The notes beneath the pieces are model-generated. The model searched no databases. It was not told the DNA's origin and worked only from the letters and a program-made list of their open reading frames with translations. The translations under genes and the position numbers were made by a program. 64,000 nucleotides of DNA from Mytilus californianus (Eukaryota), in NCBI RefSeq assembly GCF_021869535.1, contig NW_026262709.1:62001-126000 (forward strand), in the 5' to 3' direction. This document shows positions 13,104 through 26,096 of the stretch, piece by piece (position 1 is the first letter of the stretch; each line of letters opens with the position of its first letter).

Positions 13104-14084
13104 CTACAATAAAAATTATGTTAGTACTAATATGTACAAAATTCATATTTCATGTACAAATGTATGCTACAATCTCCAAAAAAATCATTTTCCTTCTAAT
13201 CTGACTGAAATACATATCTTGTGTCATTGTATTGGTAGAAAACGATCTTACAACGATCAATCTGATACAAAATTCGGAAGATATTTTCAGACATAAATAT
13301 ATATATATAATTATGACTTATTCAAGTCCAATGTTTAACAGTAATGTCTGGAAAATAATTTCTTTCGAAATATTCCTTGATAACTATAGTATACATTTAC
13401 GACAGAGAATATACGTAATATGAACTAGACATATATTTATTAAGCTGTTGAATATGTTGATAAAAACGTTCTCAAATAGGATATGCACCTGTTGATAAAA
13501 AAAATTAAGTTATTTCGTAAAAACAAGACGACGTATTTCCGTTTATTGAAACATCGGTGGATTGTGGAATGCCTGGTACCAAGTCAGGAATATGACAGTT
13601 GTTATCTATTCGTTTGTTGTGTTTGAGTTTTTGATTTCGCCATTTGCGTAGGGACTTTACGTTTACAATTTTCCTATGTGTTTGGTATTTTTGTTATTTT
13701 ACTTTTTGTTCAATCAAATAATATATTAACATAAGAAGGGTGTATAACAAAGCAACCAAGATCCAATACAATATAAAACCTTTCCAGATAAGATTACAGT
13801 CTACCGCGCGTCTTGTGTCAGTGCTTATGCCATGACTTAGCGGAATGCCGTTTGTCGGTGCAATTATTTTGCCATTCAATTTTTAAAATTAATTAGATGT
13901 TCAAATTTATTAATCAAACAAGTCTTCACAAACCCATGTAAATAAATGTTTTCCGATACTAGAAAATGGTCCCTTAAATCTTTGCACAACCACAAATGTT
14001 GGAGAATTCTTCTTCCTATGAATTCCATCACATAACGATTGATTCTTACATAAATACTGTTTTGTATACGTTTGAATACGTTAC

Positions 14085-14300
14085 CATAGATTGCTACGTA
14101 ACACAATTCCACATAGCAATTTTTTTGATTTCTTCTGTTGACGAAGTACATATTTTTGGCCAGCATATTACAAGTAATGTTCTGAGTAATGTTAGGCAAG
14201 CCTGTTTTTCCTAAGTCTGTGTAGCAAAGACCGCTTTTGTTACTTTCATCAGCGGTTCCATTCCCTAGATACAATCGAAACTGATCCATACGAGATCCAA
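14085..14300 (-). CDS. Exon: C-terminal half of F-type lectin domain 1
   Basis: ttacAG|...|GTAACG; 216 nt, phase 1-1. VGSRMDQFRLYLGNGTADESNKSGLCYTDLGKTGLPNITQNITCNMLAKNMYFVNRRNQKNCYVELCYVAIY is a typical FTP C-terminus (C..., LCYV.IYG). Confidence 0.9.
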
Positions 14301-15184
14301 CTGTAAATTAGAATCAAATGATAAATGACAAACAATAATATTAAAACTGGAATTAAAAACGGTCTATAAAGATTTCAAACTTACATTTTTTGTTGTCAAC
14401 ATGATATTTTATCAAACAGAAAAAGGATAGAGAAAAAAACGACACTTTTATTGATAAAGTGAGTAGTTGTTCTTGCTGCTCCTTATAATTCTTGTAGATA
14501 TTTACTATTACTAACAAATCTGAATGTCAAATATTTGCAAATATTAAATTTAAAAAAAAACAAAAATGTATATTATATTGATTAATGACAAAGATATATT
14601 TTTTGTAAATTTTGTGCAGAAATCTCAATTATGGGGATACTATAACTTCATTAATATATTGAAAAATATACATTTGACTTGCAATGTCTTTTTTTCTATA
14701 GTAAAATAGAGTGGATTAACAGCTTGATTCAAAAATATTTCAATGACATCGACATTACTTGAATTATGTATGTTTGTTCAAAACATATTTGTGGGGTCAT
14801 TTTTTTTTTTCTCGTCTTATTAAAGACAAAATAGACATAAGGAGATAAGATACGATTCCAAATTAGGCAACTACTAACATGAGACCAACGGATAAAGATG
14901 ATAACAGCGATAGGTACGGCCTCTAAAAATAAGCAGAATCAATATTATTTCATGTCGACTGAGATTTGCTGACTTCTAAGGTATTGATACCCACGAAAAC
15001 GTCCACCAGCTTTGGCATCGACGCAGTGTTTGTAAAGCTCATTTAGGATAGCAATTCGGATAATTATACAGAATGTCAAAAAAGGCGATAGTTGGCAATA
15101 ATAAATTTTTGTTCTTATTGTTTTCGATATAACATGATTTGAAATTGTTAAACATACATATTATGAGCAATTTGTTTACATTTC

Positions 15185-16020
15185 CAGATTTCAAACAAAC
15201 TCGTTTTTGTGTGTAAATCAAATTACATAAACTGTTTGATAAATGAATTAGGTATTGACAATTCACTTGGAAACTCAACATATACCCCCACGACACGTAC
15301 CAAGGAGGAAATCCTGGATAATCATAGGTCTGTCCTATGTTCCTTTGGAACCAATGATGAAGAATCGGATTTTCCTTCACTGTATTGGATACCTAAACTA
15401 CATAAGTGTCCTTAGAAACAACATTATATTGCTGGGTCTTCCAAGTGCTCCACGAAACTCTTGCTAAATTATTAACAACAATGTTATCAGCAATCAAAGC
15501 CGAGCTTTTAAGTTATTGTGAAACTACCTATTCTAGAGGTGGCGGGAATCAGATGTGTATTCTAAAAATACCAAAGATCTTTTAGAGTAGATACAATCTA
15601 AGACTCTTTCTTCTTGAAATAGTATTAAAACATTTGACTTTTCAACACTTTACACAAGTATTTCCAAAATGCATGATCAATTGAAAGAGTTGGTCCTATT
15701 TTCTTTTATAAAAGATAATGAAGTACGTAAATACAAGTTGCTTGTATTGGGGAGGGATACTTCGTACTTTGTTAAAAATCACTTCCTTCAAATAATAAAT
15801 TCTCTGATACTGACATTATCAAAATATTTGATCTTTTGATTGACAACATATTTTTTACGTTTGGAGGACGTATTTTTCAACAAACAATCGGCATTTCCAT
15901 GGAAATCAACTGTGTTCCTTGTCGACACTTTCCTTTGTTCATTTGAGACAGGAACTTCTTGAGAAAAGAAATTAGAAAAAGAAAAGAAATGATTTCAGCT
16001 TCCCGATTGTGAACTTTCCA
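15185..16020 (+). mobile_element. Decayed Naiad-like Penelope reverse-transcriptase fragment
   Basis: NYINCLINELG...DFPSLYWIPKLHKCP*KQHYIAGSSKCSTK...MCILKNTKDL...TFDFSTLYT...IDNIF.TFGGR.FQQTIG, with stops and an internal deletion. The YWxPKxHK motif is PLE-typical. Confidence 0.8.
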
Positions 16021-16118
16021 TTACAATCACTAGGTTAATGGTTTAATGCCAATATTTGTGTAGTCTTGTCCCTGGGGATATCAACAGCCCAGTAGTAGGC
16101 ACTTTTGTTTTAAATAAA

Positions 16119-16504
16119 TTGAAAACAACAGGTTTAATAATTTCATGCGTCCGAAGCGCTTTTCTGGATTTACCTTCATCAGGAACGCTCAAAGCCAAAC
16201 ATTTGAAATCCGAGGGATGTATAAGTACCGAAACAGTTGAAAAGCTATATGACAAAAATACCTAAAATAAATAGCCAAATCCATCTAAGGTCAACTTTGC
16301 TTGAGGGAGTTGAAACCTTAGTTTCTTTATAATTTCAAAATTTATAAACGGGCAATTTTAGAAAAGGTTGTTATAAATCATGTCAATACCGAAGTACTGA
16401 CTACTGAGCTGATGATACCCTCGGGGACTGATAGTCCACCAGCAGAGGAATCGACCAAGTGATGTAAAAAATTGAAAACAACACGTTAAATAATTTCATG
16501 CGTC
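16119..16504 (-). mobile_element. HHR-containing non-autonomous retroelement (retrozyme-type): 353-nt monomer plus 33-nt terminal repeat
   Basis: Absent from the paralogous duplicate (empty site ~17961-17975). Direct repeats at 16119-16151 and 16472-16504 differ at 2 positions. Contains an HHR at 16147-16188. Confidence 0.85.
16147..16188 (-). ncRNA. Minimal type I hammerhead ribozyme, intact core
   Basis: GCGTTC-CTGATGA-AGGTAAATCCA-GAAA-AGCGCT-TC-GGACGC. Stem I has 6 bp, stem II is short, and the palindromic AAGCGCTT stem III suggests a dimeric form. Predicted cleavage is after UUC, between 16153 and 16152. Confidence 0.85.
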
Positions 16505-19500
16505 AAAATACAGTCATTTTCTGCAAAATGTTGACTAACCAGCTTTGTAATTTGTGACGAGTGTCACACTAAGGACAGGAAAGAAATTTAAACTGGTTCG
16601 TGTGGTCCGATCTTTAGGGACACATTTCAATAAGATTAAGTTCTGGTACAAAGACCACCAAACCTTTCTTGGCAACGTTTTTTCTATTTGGCGTATTTAA
16701 GGGTCTCCCACAAATTCCCTTCTCGGTTAGTTCGACATCTGTTTGGATCGGTTTTGATCGTTATTAACTTTTACCTCGAAGAAATTACGAACGTTGGTGT
16801 TTCAATACTCATAACCCAAAAGTATGTTAAATAGTCCCTCTTAAAAGTCAGAGCCTAGCCCAAAAAGTCAAAAATGTCTGGTAACATTTTCCACCGACAT
16901 AGTGAGAGCCCGATCCCTTTCTGTCGCTTTTTTTCCCCATTCCCATATGTCTTTCTTTGGGCTTTCGAACTCGTGGCATTGGCAATTAAATTGTACTGTT
17001 AATCGATGTTACAACGTTCAGTCAGCTTATTCGATTAATGAATGAACTCAAAATTAAGGATAGGCTATGTCGTATATGTCCCTTATTAGTTGTTTGATTT
17101 TTCATGACATGCCTATGTTAGGACACATAAAATGTATAACGCCTTCCGTATAAACACATCGTACGTAGGGATAACTCTAGTCAGAGTCAATCACACGAAG
17201 ACTGATACTGTATGATTCATACACTGTTTTCATTCGCAGGGGCGACGACATTTTATGGGTTGATCTTGTACCATTCGGTATGACTCATTAGGAATAGCGA
17301 TGTGTTCGTGATTTTATAGGGATAGGATTTGTGTTTGACTCAAATGGTGTGTTGTCATCTGTTACGAATAGATAACGTCAATTAGGGATTGTGGTGTCAA
17401 AGCACCATGGAATTTTCTGTTGACTTTATCACCTTATAAAACTGAAATTAACGCCATGTCTAGAGTACACAGTAAAACAACTGAAATAGTATACATGATT
17501 AAGATTGGTATGTTTTAGGTTATTTTTCAAGACCTTTCGGTATTTTGACTGTTTAACAGTACATGTCTTTAACACAACAAAGTATTATTATTGTTTTTTT
17601 TTGCCATGGCATTGTCAGTTTCTGTTCCACTTCAACTTAAAACAAAAAATTCTCTGAAACTGACATTATCAAAATGTTCGATCTTTTGATTGACAACATA
17701 TTTTTTACTTTTGGAGGACGTGTTTTTCAACAAACAATCGACATTTTCATGGAAACCAACTGTGTTCCTTGTCGATTTATTCCTTTATTCATATGAGACA
17801 AGAACTTCTTGAGAAAATACATTAGAAAAAGAAAAGAAATGATTTCAGCTGCCCAATTGTAAACTGTCCATTACAATCACTAGGTTAATGGTTTAATGCC
17901 AATATTTGTGTAGTCTTGTCTCCGGGGATATCAACAGCCTAGTAGTAGGCACTTCTGTTTTTAATAAAATACAGTCATTTTCTGCAAAATGTTGATTAAC
18001 CAACTTTGTAATTTGTGACGAGTGTCACACTAAGGACAGGAAAGAAATTTAAACTGGTTCATGTGGTCCGATCGTTAGGGACACAGAATAATAAGATAAG
18101 ATGCAGTTCTGGTACAAAGCCACCAATCCTTCCTTGGCAACGTTTTTCCATTTGGCGTATTTTAGGGTCTCCTACAAATTCCCTTCTCGGTTAGTTCGAC
18201 ATCTGTTTGGATAGGTTTTGATCGTTGCTAACTTTTTCTTCGCAGAAATAACCAACGTTGATGCTGCAGTACACATAACCCCAAAGTATGTTAAATAGTC
18301 CCTCCTCGTAAAATTCAGAGCCTAGCTCAAAAAGTCAAAAATGTCTGATAACATTTTCCAACGACACAGTGAGAGACCGATCCCTTTCTATTGCTTTTGC
18401 TTCCAATTCCCATATGTCGATTCTTTGAGATTTTGAACTCGTGGCATTGGCAATTGAATTGTACTGTAAATCGATGTAACAACGTTCAGTCGGCTTATTC
18501 GATTAATAAATGAACTCAAAATTAAGGATAGGCTATGTTGTATACGTCCTTTATCAGCTGTTTGATTTGTCATGACATGCCCATGTTTGGATACATAAAA
18601 TGTATAACGTTTTCTGTATAAACACATTGTACGCAGGGATAACTCTAGTCAGAGTCAATCACACGAGGACTGATACTGTGTGATTCATACACTGTTTTCA
18701 ATTCGCAGGGGTGACGACATTATGGGTTGATTCTATACCATTCGGTATAACTAATTAGGAATGGTGATGTCTTCGTGATTTTATACGGATAGGATTTGTG
18801 TTTGACTCAAATGGTGTGTTGTCATCTGTTAAGAATAGATAACGTCAATTAGGGATTGTGGTGTCAATCAGTCCCCTTCGAAAAAAGCACCATGGAATTT
18901 TCTGTTGACTTTATTACCTTATCAAACTGAAATTAACACCATGTCTAGGGTACACAATAAAACACCCGAAATAGTATACATGATTAAGATTGATATGTTT
19001 TAGGTTATGTTTCAAGACCTTTCGGTATTTTGACTGTTTAACAGTACATGTCTTTAACACAACAAAGTATTATTATTGTTTTTTTTGCCATGGCATTGTC
19101 AGTTTCTGTTCCACTTATAAGTTTGAATATCCCTTTGGTATCTTTCGACTCTCTTTTGTCATGTTTGTTATAATATATATTTTCCCTGCATCCATTAAAC
19201 CTGTTTAATGTTTTGTCAAGGATTATAAACTCCTCTTTCTTGACATCGTGTTGATGATGTTTGAAATCAGGAAAAACCAGGGTGAACTTCCTCTACCACT
19301 TTTCCACATTTATTAATTGCCCAAGCTGGTCGATAATCCGTTTCTACTAATCTTAAGTTTTCGTTATAAAAAATGTTATATTTGTAAATTACAAGTTCAG
19401 TTGAACCAACATATATCAACTACGATAGTTGTTTTTACAAAGAGAAAGAGGCTTTCGTTTTATGTATATAAGTGGAACACATTACGGATGTATTAAGGTC

Positions 19501-20399
19501 AGGTTTAGGAATTTTTGTCAGATTTTGGGACTCCTTGGTTGTTTTCCTACGATACAGGGTAAAATATTTTGCCCCATAACATCCAATTTTCTTTTCATAA
19601 AAAACTTCAATAGCTCATAAAAGGTCATTTACTAAAATTTAAGCAGAATCAAGATTTCTTTTCTTTCGATTTGAGACCCATATAAACCGATGCAAAAATA
19701 AGGTTCAAGTCTGAGTTAACCTTTTCACGCAATTTCAAAAACAAATATCTCGAAAAGGAGCTCCATAACCTATCAAAATTTTCAATTATTTTGTTCCTGA
19801 ACTAATGCTCTTCTGGTTTATAGTATCAATCTAAAATTCCAATTTTTTTTTTAATTTTACCTTGGTACATCCTAAAAGGACACAATCTTATGAGAAATCG
19901 TTAGAACCTGACAAAAAAAGAACATTTACGTATTGTTTTGGAAAAATAAAAGGCGATTTTCTCTACAAAAATTAAAGTTCGTCCACATGAACATATAACG
20001 TGACTTTACAAATTTTATCAATTCAATGGACTAAATGAAAAGAAAACTCTTTAATACCAGCATGATAGACACATAGCCAGTAATACAATGCAAAATAATA
20101 ATCTAATTTAATCCTAACATAAGCTGAAAAAGAAGTGTTATACCAAAACCATTTAACTCCAACGTAATTTCAAAAAGAGAAAGTCAAAACTAAACACTCG
20201 GCAAAATCAAACAACAGAACGGCCGGAAAACAAAATGGTTTGGGCTTTCTCCGAAGAAAATGGTGGATTAAATTAGTAATTAGTTATTTTTTTAATATTG
20301 TAGCAACCTACCTTTCTAATCTTTCCATTGCTTGTTTTACAAAATTGAAAAGAAAGCGTTTCCGGAATTGGAAAGCAAGCGTTCTGAATGTACACCGTG

Positions 20400-20543
20400 A
20401 TATTGGGAAAACAGATTTAAGATGATCAACAAATTGCGCCTCCTCGTCCTGTGAAGAAATATGACTCGCAGTGTCTGTATTGGTATATGGTACTAGCGTG
20501 GAACACCTTTCATTGATATTCCATCTTTGAAAGCTGGTTGCAT
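20400..20543 (-). mobile_element. Remnant of a pogo/Tc1-type transposase N-terminus (HTH_psq/CENP-B-like)
   Basis: MQPAFKDGISMKGVPR*YHIPIQTLR, then in a shifted frame SSQDEEAQFVDHLK. This resembles psq HTH followed by the F..EEE..L..H.. CENP-B-type motif. Recognised by eye only. Confidence 0.45.
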
Positions 20544-21412
20544 TTGTTAGAGTTGTAGGTGTTTATACTTTTGCATGTTTTGTTTCTCTTTATTTTGCCG
20601 CCCCCTCCCCCCCCCCCCCCCCAAACAAAATTTAAAAACAACACAAATGAAACAAAGGAAATATACAAAATATGATAACAAACCAATAATTGGAAAAAAA
20701 ATTCACTGTGATTTTTTGTTTTTTTTATTTATACAAAAAATATGTTTGGAGCTAAAACAAAAATGGTTCAATTAATGATGTTGAAAAAAATATCATTGGC
20801 CTTCAATGGGAAAATGTCACACGACCTATAACTAAATGGTGACTCATCGTTCGATATGTCAACAATGTTGCTGAGGAGATTTTCCAAATAGCTCAACGAA
20901 ATTCTTGTCACGGAATAAAACGGAAAAAAATAGTGGAAAAAGGCATTTTACAAACTTGTTTGCAAGAAAAGGAAAAACTAACCTTTTTCTTTTTCGTATT
21001 GGTAAATTTATGTATGACTTCACGATTTAAATGGATATTCCCCAGTGTCACGAACTTGTCAGCATAACGAACTTGTAAGCAAGTGAACAATTTATCAGTG
21101 ATGTTTCTTATCTTATTTTGACAAATTTTAACCAAATTGGCTGCTTAAGGCGAATTTTTATTTAACTTTATCACTTTCGTTAAAGATTGAACAAAAAAAA
21201 TCATCTTTTACTTTTTGTATATCTCGTAGCTAATATGTTTTTCAATATTGATCATGTATAAATGATCAGTTCTCAGACAGATGCAATAGTTATAAATGGA
21301 CAATTTGATTGTATTTTAATCACTGGTTAAAAATGTATTATATCATCATTTTTATTTAGCTTCTAACGTGTGTACGTATTTATAGATCCCAGGCTTTCAT
21401 ATCCTTAAGTTT

Positions 21413-21455
21413 GAGCGTTCCTGAAAAAGGTTAATCAAGAAAACACTTCCGACGC
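21413..21455 (+). ncRNA. Degenerate copy of the retrozyme HHR (core mutated)
   Basis: GAGCGTTC-CTGAAAA-AGGTTAATCAA-GAAA-ACACT-TC-CGACGC; CUGAUGA has become CUGAAAA, so it is probably inactive. Confidence 0.6.
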
Positions 21456-21684
21456 ACCAAATTTCTTACGTGCTTTACCATTTTGTAAATTTTTGATGAG
21501 GTGATATATCATTACCAAAATTAATTAATTAACAACTTTAAAACAAAAAGTATCTGCATATACGATAGAATATTGATTTTCATAAACAATGTACTTTTTT
21601 TTTAAAGAATAAAACAAATTATTAGATAAATCAAAATTCTAGTTTAAAGCCTACTTTGCAAATATTTCTTTTATTTGCTTAATA

Positions 21685-22110
21685 GATATAAGAAGATGTG
21701 GTATGAATGACAATGAGACAACTCTCCATCCAAGTCACAATTTGTAAAAGTAAACCATTATAGGTCAAAGTACGGCCTTCAACACGGAGCATTGGATCAT
21801 ACCGAACAGCAAGCTATAAAGGGCCCCAAAAATGACTAGTGTAAAACCATTCAAACAGGAAAATCAACGGTATAATCTATTTAAAAAACGAGAAACGAGA
21901 AACACTTATGAATCACATCAACAGACGACAACCACTGAACAACAGGTTCTGACTTAGGACAGGTGCAAACAAATGCAGCGGGTTTATACGTTTTAATAGG
22001 CGCCAACCTTCATCCTAACCTAAAACAATAGTGCAACATCACAACATAGAAAGACACACTGTAAAATATCAATTGAAATGGCTTAACTCAATCAAAAGAC
22101 ATATTAACAA
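21685..22110 (+). repeat. High-copy interspersed repeat 'B' (AAGATGTGGTATGA..CAATGAGACAACT...), non-autonomous, possibly Helitron/Helentron-derived
   Basis: Closely similar inverted copy at ~38335-38757 (-). Related copies or fragments at ~14850-14930, 23370-23812 (-), 24400-24570, 40860-41165 (-), 41620-41680 (-) and 56960-57620 (+). Superfamily not established. Confidence 0.8.
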
Positions 22111-23849
22111 AAACAAGTGAGCATACACTGAACGAATAAATTTGATCTATGACACAATATAAATACAAAATTATTAAAACAAGTGGGTCTGATGTAAAAC
22201 AATATCAGAAAGACAACCAAAACCTTGGACAAAATGCCGCCAAATAAAATAACGTACACAGGTAAATAAAAATAATTTTGTTGTAAGGTATACACGGAGT
22301 ACGGAAATATCTTTTACAAAAAAAATAATTTGTGAAAATTTATCGTCATACCAAACACTTATCAAAGGTGGAAAATATTAAAAATAGTGAGACGAGAATG
22401 TTCAGAAATGCAGTGTTTTAAACTTAACGTTCAAACACGTTGCTTGGAAACTATCGATTATAGTAGACATTGGAAGACGTTTGAAAATTAATCTATCATG
22501 AAACAATATTAGGAAACTTAGCTCTATTTGTACAGGATTCCAGAACAAAATAAGTATGGACATTTGAAATACTAGTATGTTGAAAGAGTATTAACTAAAA
22601 TGAATGTTAGAATAAATACAAATTTAATTGCTACTGAAAGATGTACGTGTATGCTTTGCACTATTCATATATTGGTGAAATCTATTATAACTTACAATCT
22701 TCCCGGTAGTATATCAAAATGTTTGTCATATGAGCAAGTGCTGGAAGTTGAAGGCCCCACCATGCGTAGTTTTGTCCATTAGCTGTAACAGAACATCCAT
22801 CAGTCCATTTATTATTCGCAGGACCTTCTATTGCAAGGATTGCGTAACGTTTTGGATAAGTTGTTTTTTGTACCGCTACTCCATGTGGCGCAAGATTTAC
22901 TGTAAAAATGAATGGTACAAATACATTACAGTAAATACGGTATTTTACATTCTATTTAATAAGAATGGCCAACTGTTAGTTATCCGTTCCCATTTTCAAA
23001 TATCACCTCTAAAACAATTGTAATGTTTTGGTAAGTTTAGTGAGCCGACGCCCTTTCTTTGTTAGAAAGCATGGTGTATGACCGGTTTGATTGAAGTTCT
23101 CTGTTTTCCTAGTGACAGTCTTATCTTTGCGTTACTGATCTTAGACGTCCCACCGAACCGTCCTTCTTTACAATGATGTTGTTAAACGAGCTCGTAAATT
23201 TAGATACTTTAAATCTTTTAAACAAACTTAAATTAAACGCTGTAATAAGAATTTTGAATATAGTTTGATCAGTATAAATATTGATGTTGTTATCATTACA
23301 TTATCACCAAACAAAACATTAGTGTTATACACATATGTACATTTACGGTTATACAATCCGTCGATACCTATATTTTTGCATTGCTCAAGGTCGTGTTTTC
23401 TCTGACTGTTGATGACGTTTTACACTATATCAATTGGATGTTGGATGTGTACTGATTGATATATTAGCCTTAGACACGTGATTTGTATTAGTTGTTTGTG
23501 GCTTTGAACTAGCTTTCAGTTAACTGCAAATACATTCAATTCTGTACTTTGTGTCTTTTGTGTTTGGGTTAAGGTTTTTAATTGTTTTGTATCCATATGA
23601 TGAGTTAAGACTATTTCAACTGATTTTCATAGTGTGATTTTATGTCGTACTGTTACACCACTGTCCCGGGTTAGGGGGAGGATTGACGCCAGCAAATATG
23701 TTGAATCCCGCCACATTCTGTATTTGCCTGTCCCAAGTCTGAAATCTGCAATTCAATAGATGCTGTTTACTTCTACTAGTATGTCATTTGGAGTTTGGTG
23801 GAGAGTTGTCTATCTATCTATCTATTATTATTGTTAAGATATAAGGCAA

Positions 23850-24405
23850 AAACGCATAAAATTGGTAAAAATCGTCATCAAAGATCAATAACTCTATTAA
23901 GGAGTCGACAATTTCAATCATTAGACTTATTTGCCGAACTTGTCTTGGTGAACATTTTTTTTCAATTCAAGGTTCTCTCTATCTACTATCTATTATAGTT
24001 TTCAAGATAATAGACAAAAATGAAAAAAAGGGTAAAATTTGTCTTTAAGGGCAATAATTTCTATAAGAAGTCGTCTGACAGTTTTGACATACATGGACTA
24101 TTGGTAGAGCTCAACATTCTGAACATGTCTGCCTTTGTCAGATTTTCTCTTTTTATAACAGTTTTCAAAATAATAAACAAAACTTGCATTTTACCCCTAT
24201 GTTCTATTTTTAGCCATGTCGGCCATCTTGCTTGTCAGGCGGGGTCATTTTTTTCAATTTTTTAAACTATATACCCCAATGATGATTGTGGCCAAGTTTG
24301 GTTAAATTTCGCCAAGTAGTTTCAGGGAAAATTTTTGTAAAAGTTAACTCACGACGACGGATGACGGAAGCCGGACGACGGACGACAGACGTCAAGTGAT
24401 GAGAC
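23850..24405 (+). mobile_element. Helentron/HINE-like non-autonomous fragment
   Basis: 'agggcaataa'-type subrepeats, GGCCATCTT..., CCAAGTTTGGTTAAATT and a GACG(GACG)-microsatellite-like end (gacgacggatgacggaagccggacgacggacgacagacgtcaagtgatg), as in bivalve HINEs. Family assignment is inference. Confidence 0.5.
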
Positions 24406-25637
24406 ACCACATATCGTAGAAGTTGACAACGAAATGTCACTGCACGGCCTGCAACAATGAGCAAAACCCATACCGCATAGTAATATATAAAAGGCCCCTA
24501 AGTGATAACTATAAAATAATTCAAACGAGAAACTTACGGTCTGGCTTATGAACAAAAGAATAAACGAAAAACAAATATGATATACATGTATATGTATAGC
24601 AGTGTATACATTATGTCAAGGTCTAAATCGTCCATGTCTATTGAATGTGTGTCAAAATAGTCAGAAACTTTTAAAGATCTGCCAAAATTTTACAATCAAA
24701 AGATAGATATAACTCAAGATAATTATGACGAGAACATGCTTATCAATATGTCGTCTGGTAAAACCGTAGGGTTTTTAATTTTAGATTAAATACTTCCTTT
24801 TTCAATCTCGGTTAGTGGATTGGCAACAGTTTTAAGAATAAAATCAATAACAATATTCATTAAAGGAAATACACGTAACTCTGATATTTAAAGTGAGCTC
24901 AAATAACTTAACCTGCTGTAATGATTTTAGTTAATTTTACTTGGTGTTCCAAGCTACAACATGATAGAACAGGAGCCATTATACTAGTTTGACGTATACA
25001 TGTACATGTATTACCATCTGATAGTTTCATTTTGATATGTAATGCTGCAGATTTTTTTTATATATTTTTACTTACTTTGTGCTGCTACAGCCACAATAAA
25101 AGTCTCAATGATAATTGAAAGTAGTACTAGCTTTAACATGTTTAAGCTCATCTGAAATAAAATTTCATTCAGTATCATAATCACTTTTGAAAAGAGTTGA
25201 AAATAACTAGCGCTTTAATGTTATTGAAATATATTTCTGTTTATTATTAATATGACTATCAGTTCATGTGAAAGTTAACCTGACATGATTCATCAACATA
25301 TTTCAACACTCGTTACATAGCGGGTATCACTTATGGAGCAGGAATTTCTGACCTTTCCGGAGAACTTGCGTTTACTCCTGGTTTTTATGGGTTTAGTAAT
25401 ACTCATTATTTATGTTTTGTGTTGTATTTTGTTGACTGCTGTTTGTCTTTGGAAATTTAAATTTTGACCATAAACAAACCACAATAAGACAGAATAAAAT
25501 CTTCTGCTCCAGGAAAATAATATATATATATAAAAGTCAATACATTTTGTAGACAACGCATCACATGTTCATACTTTATTATAAGATGCATGTGATTATC
25601 CTTTTTTAATATTTTATGAACATGTTAGTTAAAGATA

Positions 25638-25640
<3 letters not shown>

Positions 25641-25682
<42 letters not shown>
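25641..25682. repeat. (TA)n microsatellite flanking PLE 1
   Basis: About 21 TA units. Other (TA)n tracts at 27570-27601 and 30896-30953. Confidence 0.98.
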
Positions 25683-25684
<2 letters not shown>

Positions 25685-26096
25685 TGCCTATAAATAGCAG
25701 CACATGACATACAAATCTATGGGAGTGTGGATTAATCAGTACAGAGATTAATTCAATTACACAAATAAAATTATAGATTGCCTAACAATGTAATTTTAAC
25801 ACACTATTTAGTATGTAAATATAAGAATGTTTAAAATATTTACAAAATGATGAAAATAAACGCAATATTTCGCTAGACTAACTAGCTTTATCAAGCGTGC
25901 ATCTATCCAGGTGAAATCGGATGTAGATGATAAGAAACTTTTGCAGCTCAATGTATATGTTGCACTTGAATTTAGCTGCCTTGAAAATAATACATAATTT
26001 GGATGAAGTTCAAGATTTTTACAAAATTGGTAGTTGAAGTTAGCAACGTCCATTGGCCAATATTACAGGATAAAAAGGACGATGCTGTGTACTAAA

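Larger units (their letters stand above)
15797..19110. repeat. Local tandem duplication, unit ~1.46 kb (copy 1 ~15797-17634 including the retrozyme; copy 2 ~17647-19110)
   Basis: Colinear similarity, roughly 85-90% by eye, from 'aaattctctga.actgacattatc' to 'gtttctgttccactt'. Confidence 0.9.

Noticed and set aside
16119-16504. CRISPR-like or LTR interpretation of the short direct repeats
   Set aside because: Eukaryotic context, only two repeats, and no TG...CA ends, PBS or PPT; fully explained by monomer-plus-overhang retrozyme structure.
16505-17480. Protein-looking minus-strand frame in the duplicated segment (e.g. FESPKKDIWEWGKKA..., KGLVVFVPELNLIEMCP)
   Set aside because: About six stops in 75 codons are shared by both copies and no family is recognisable; not distinguishable from non-coding sequence without tBLASTx/HMM searches.
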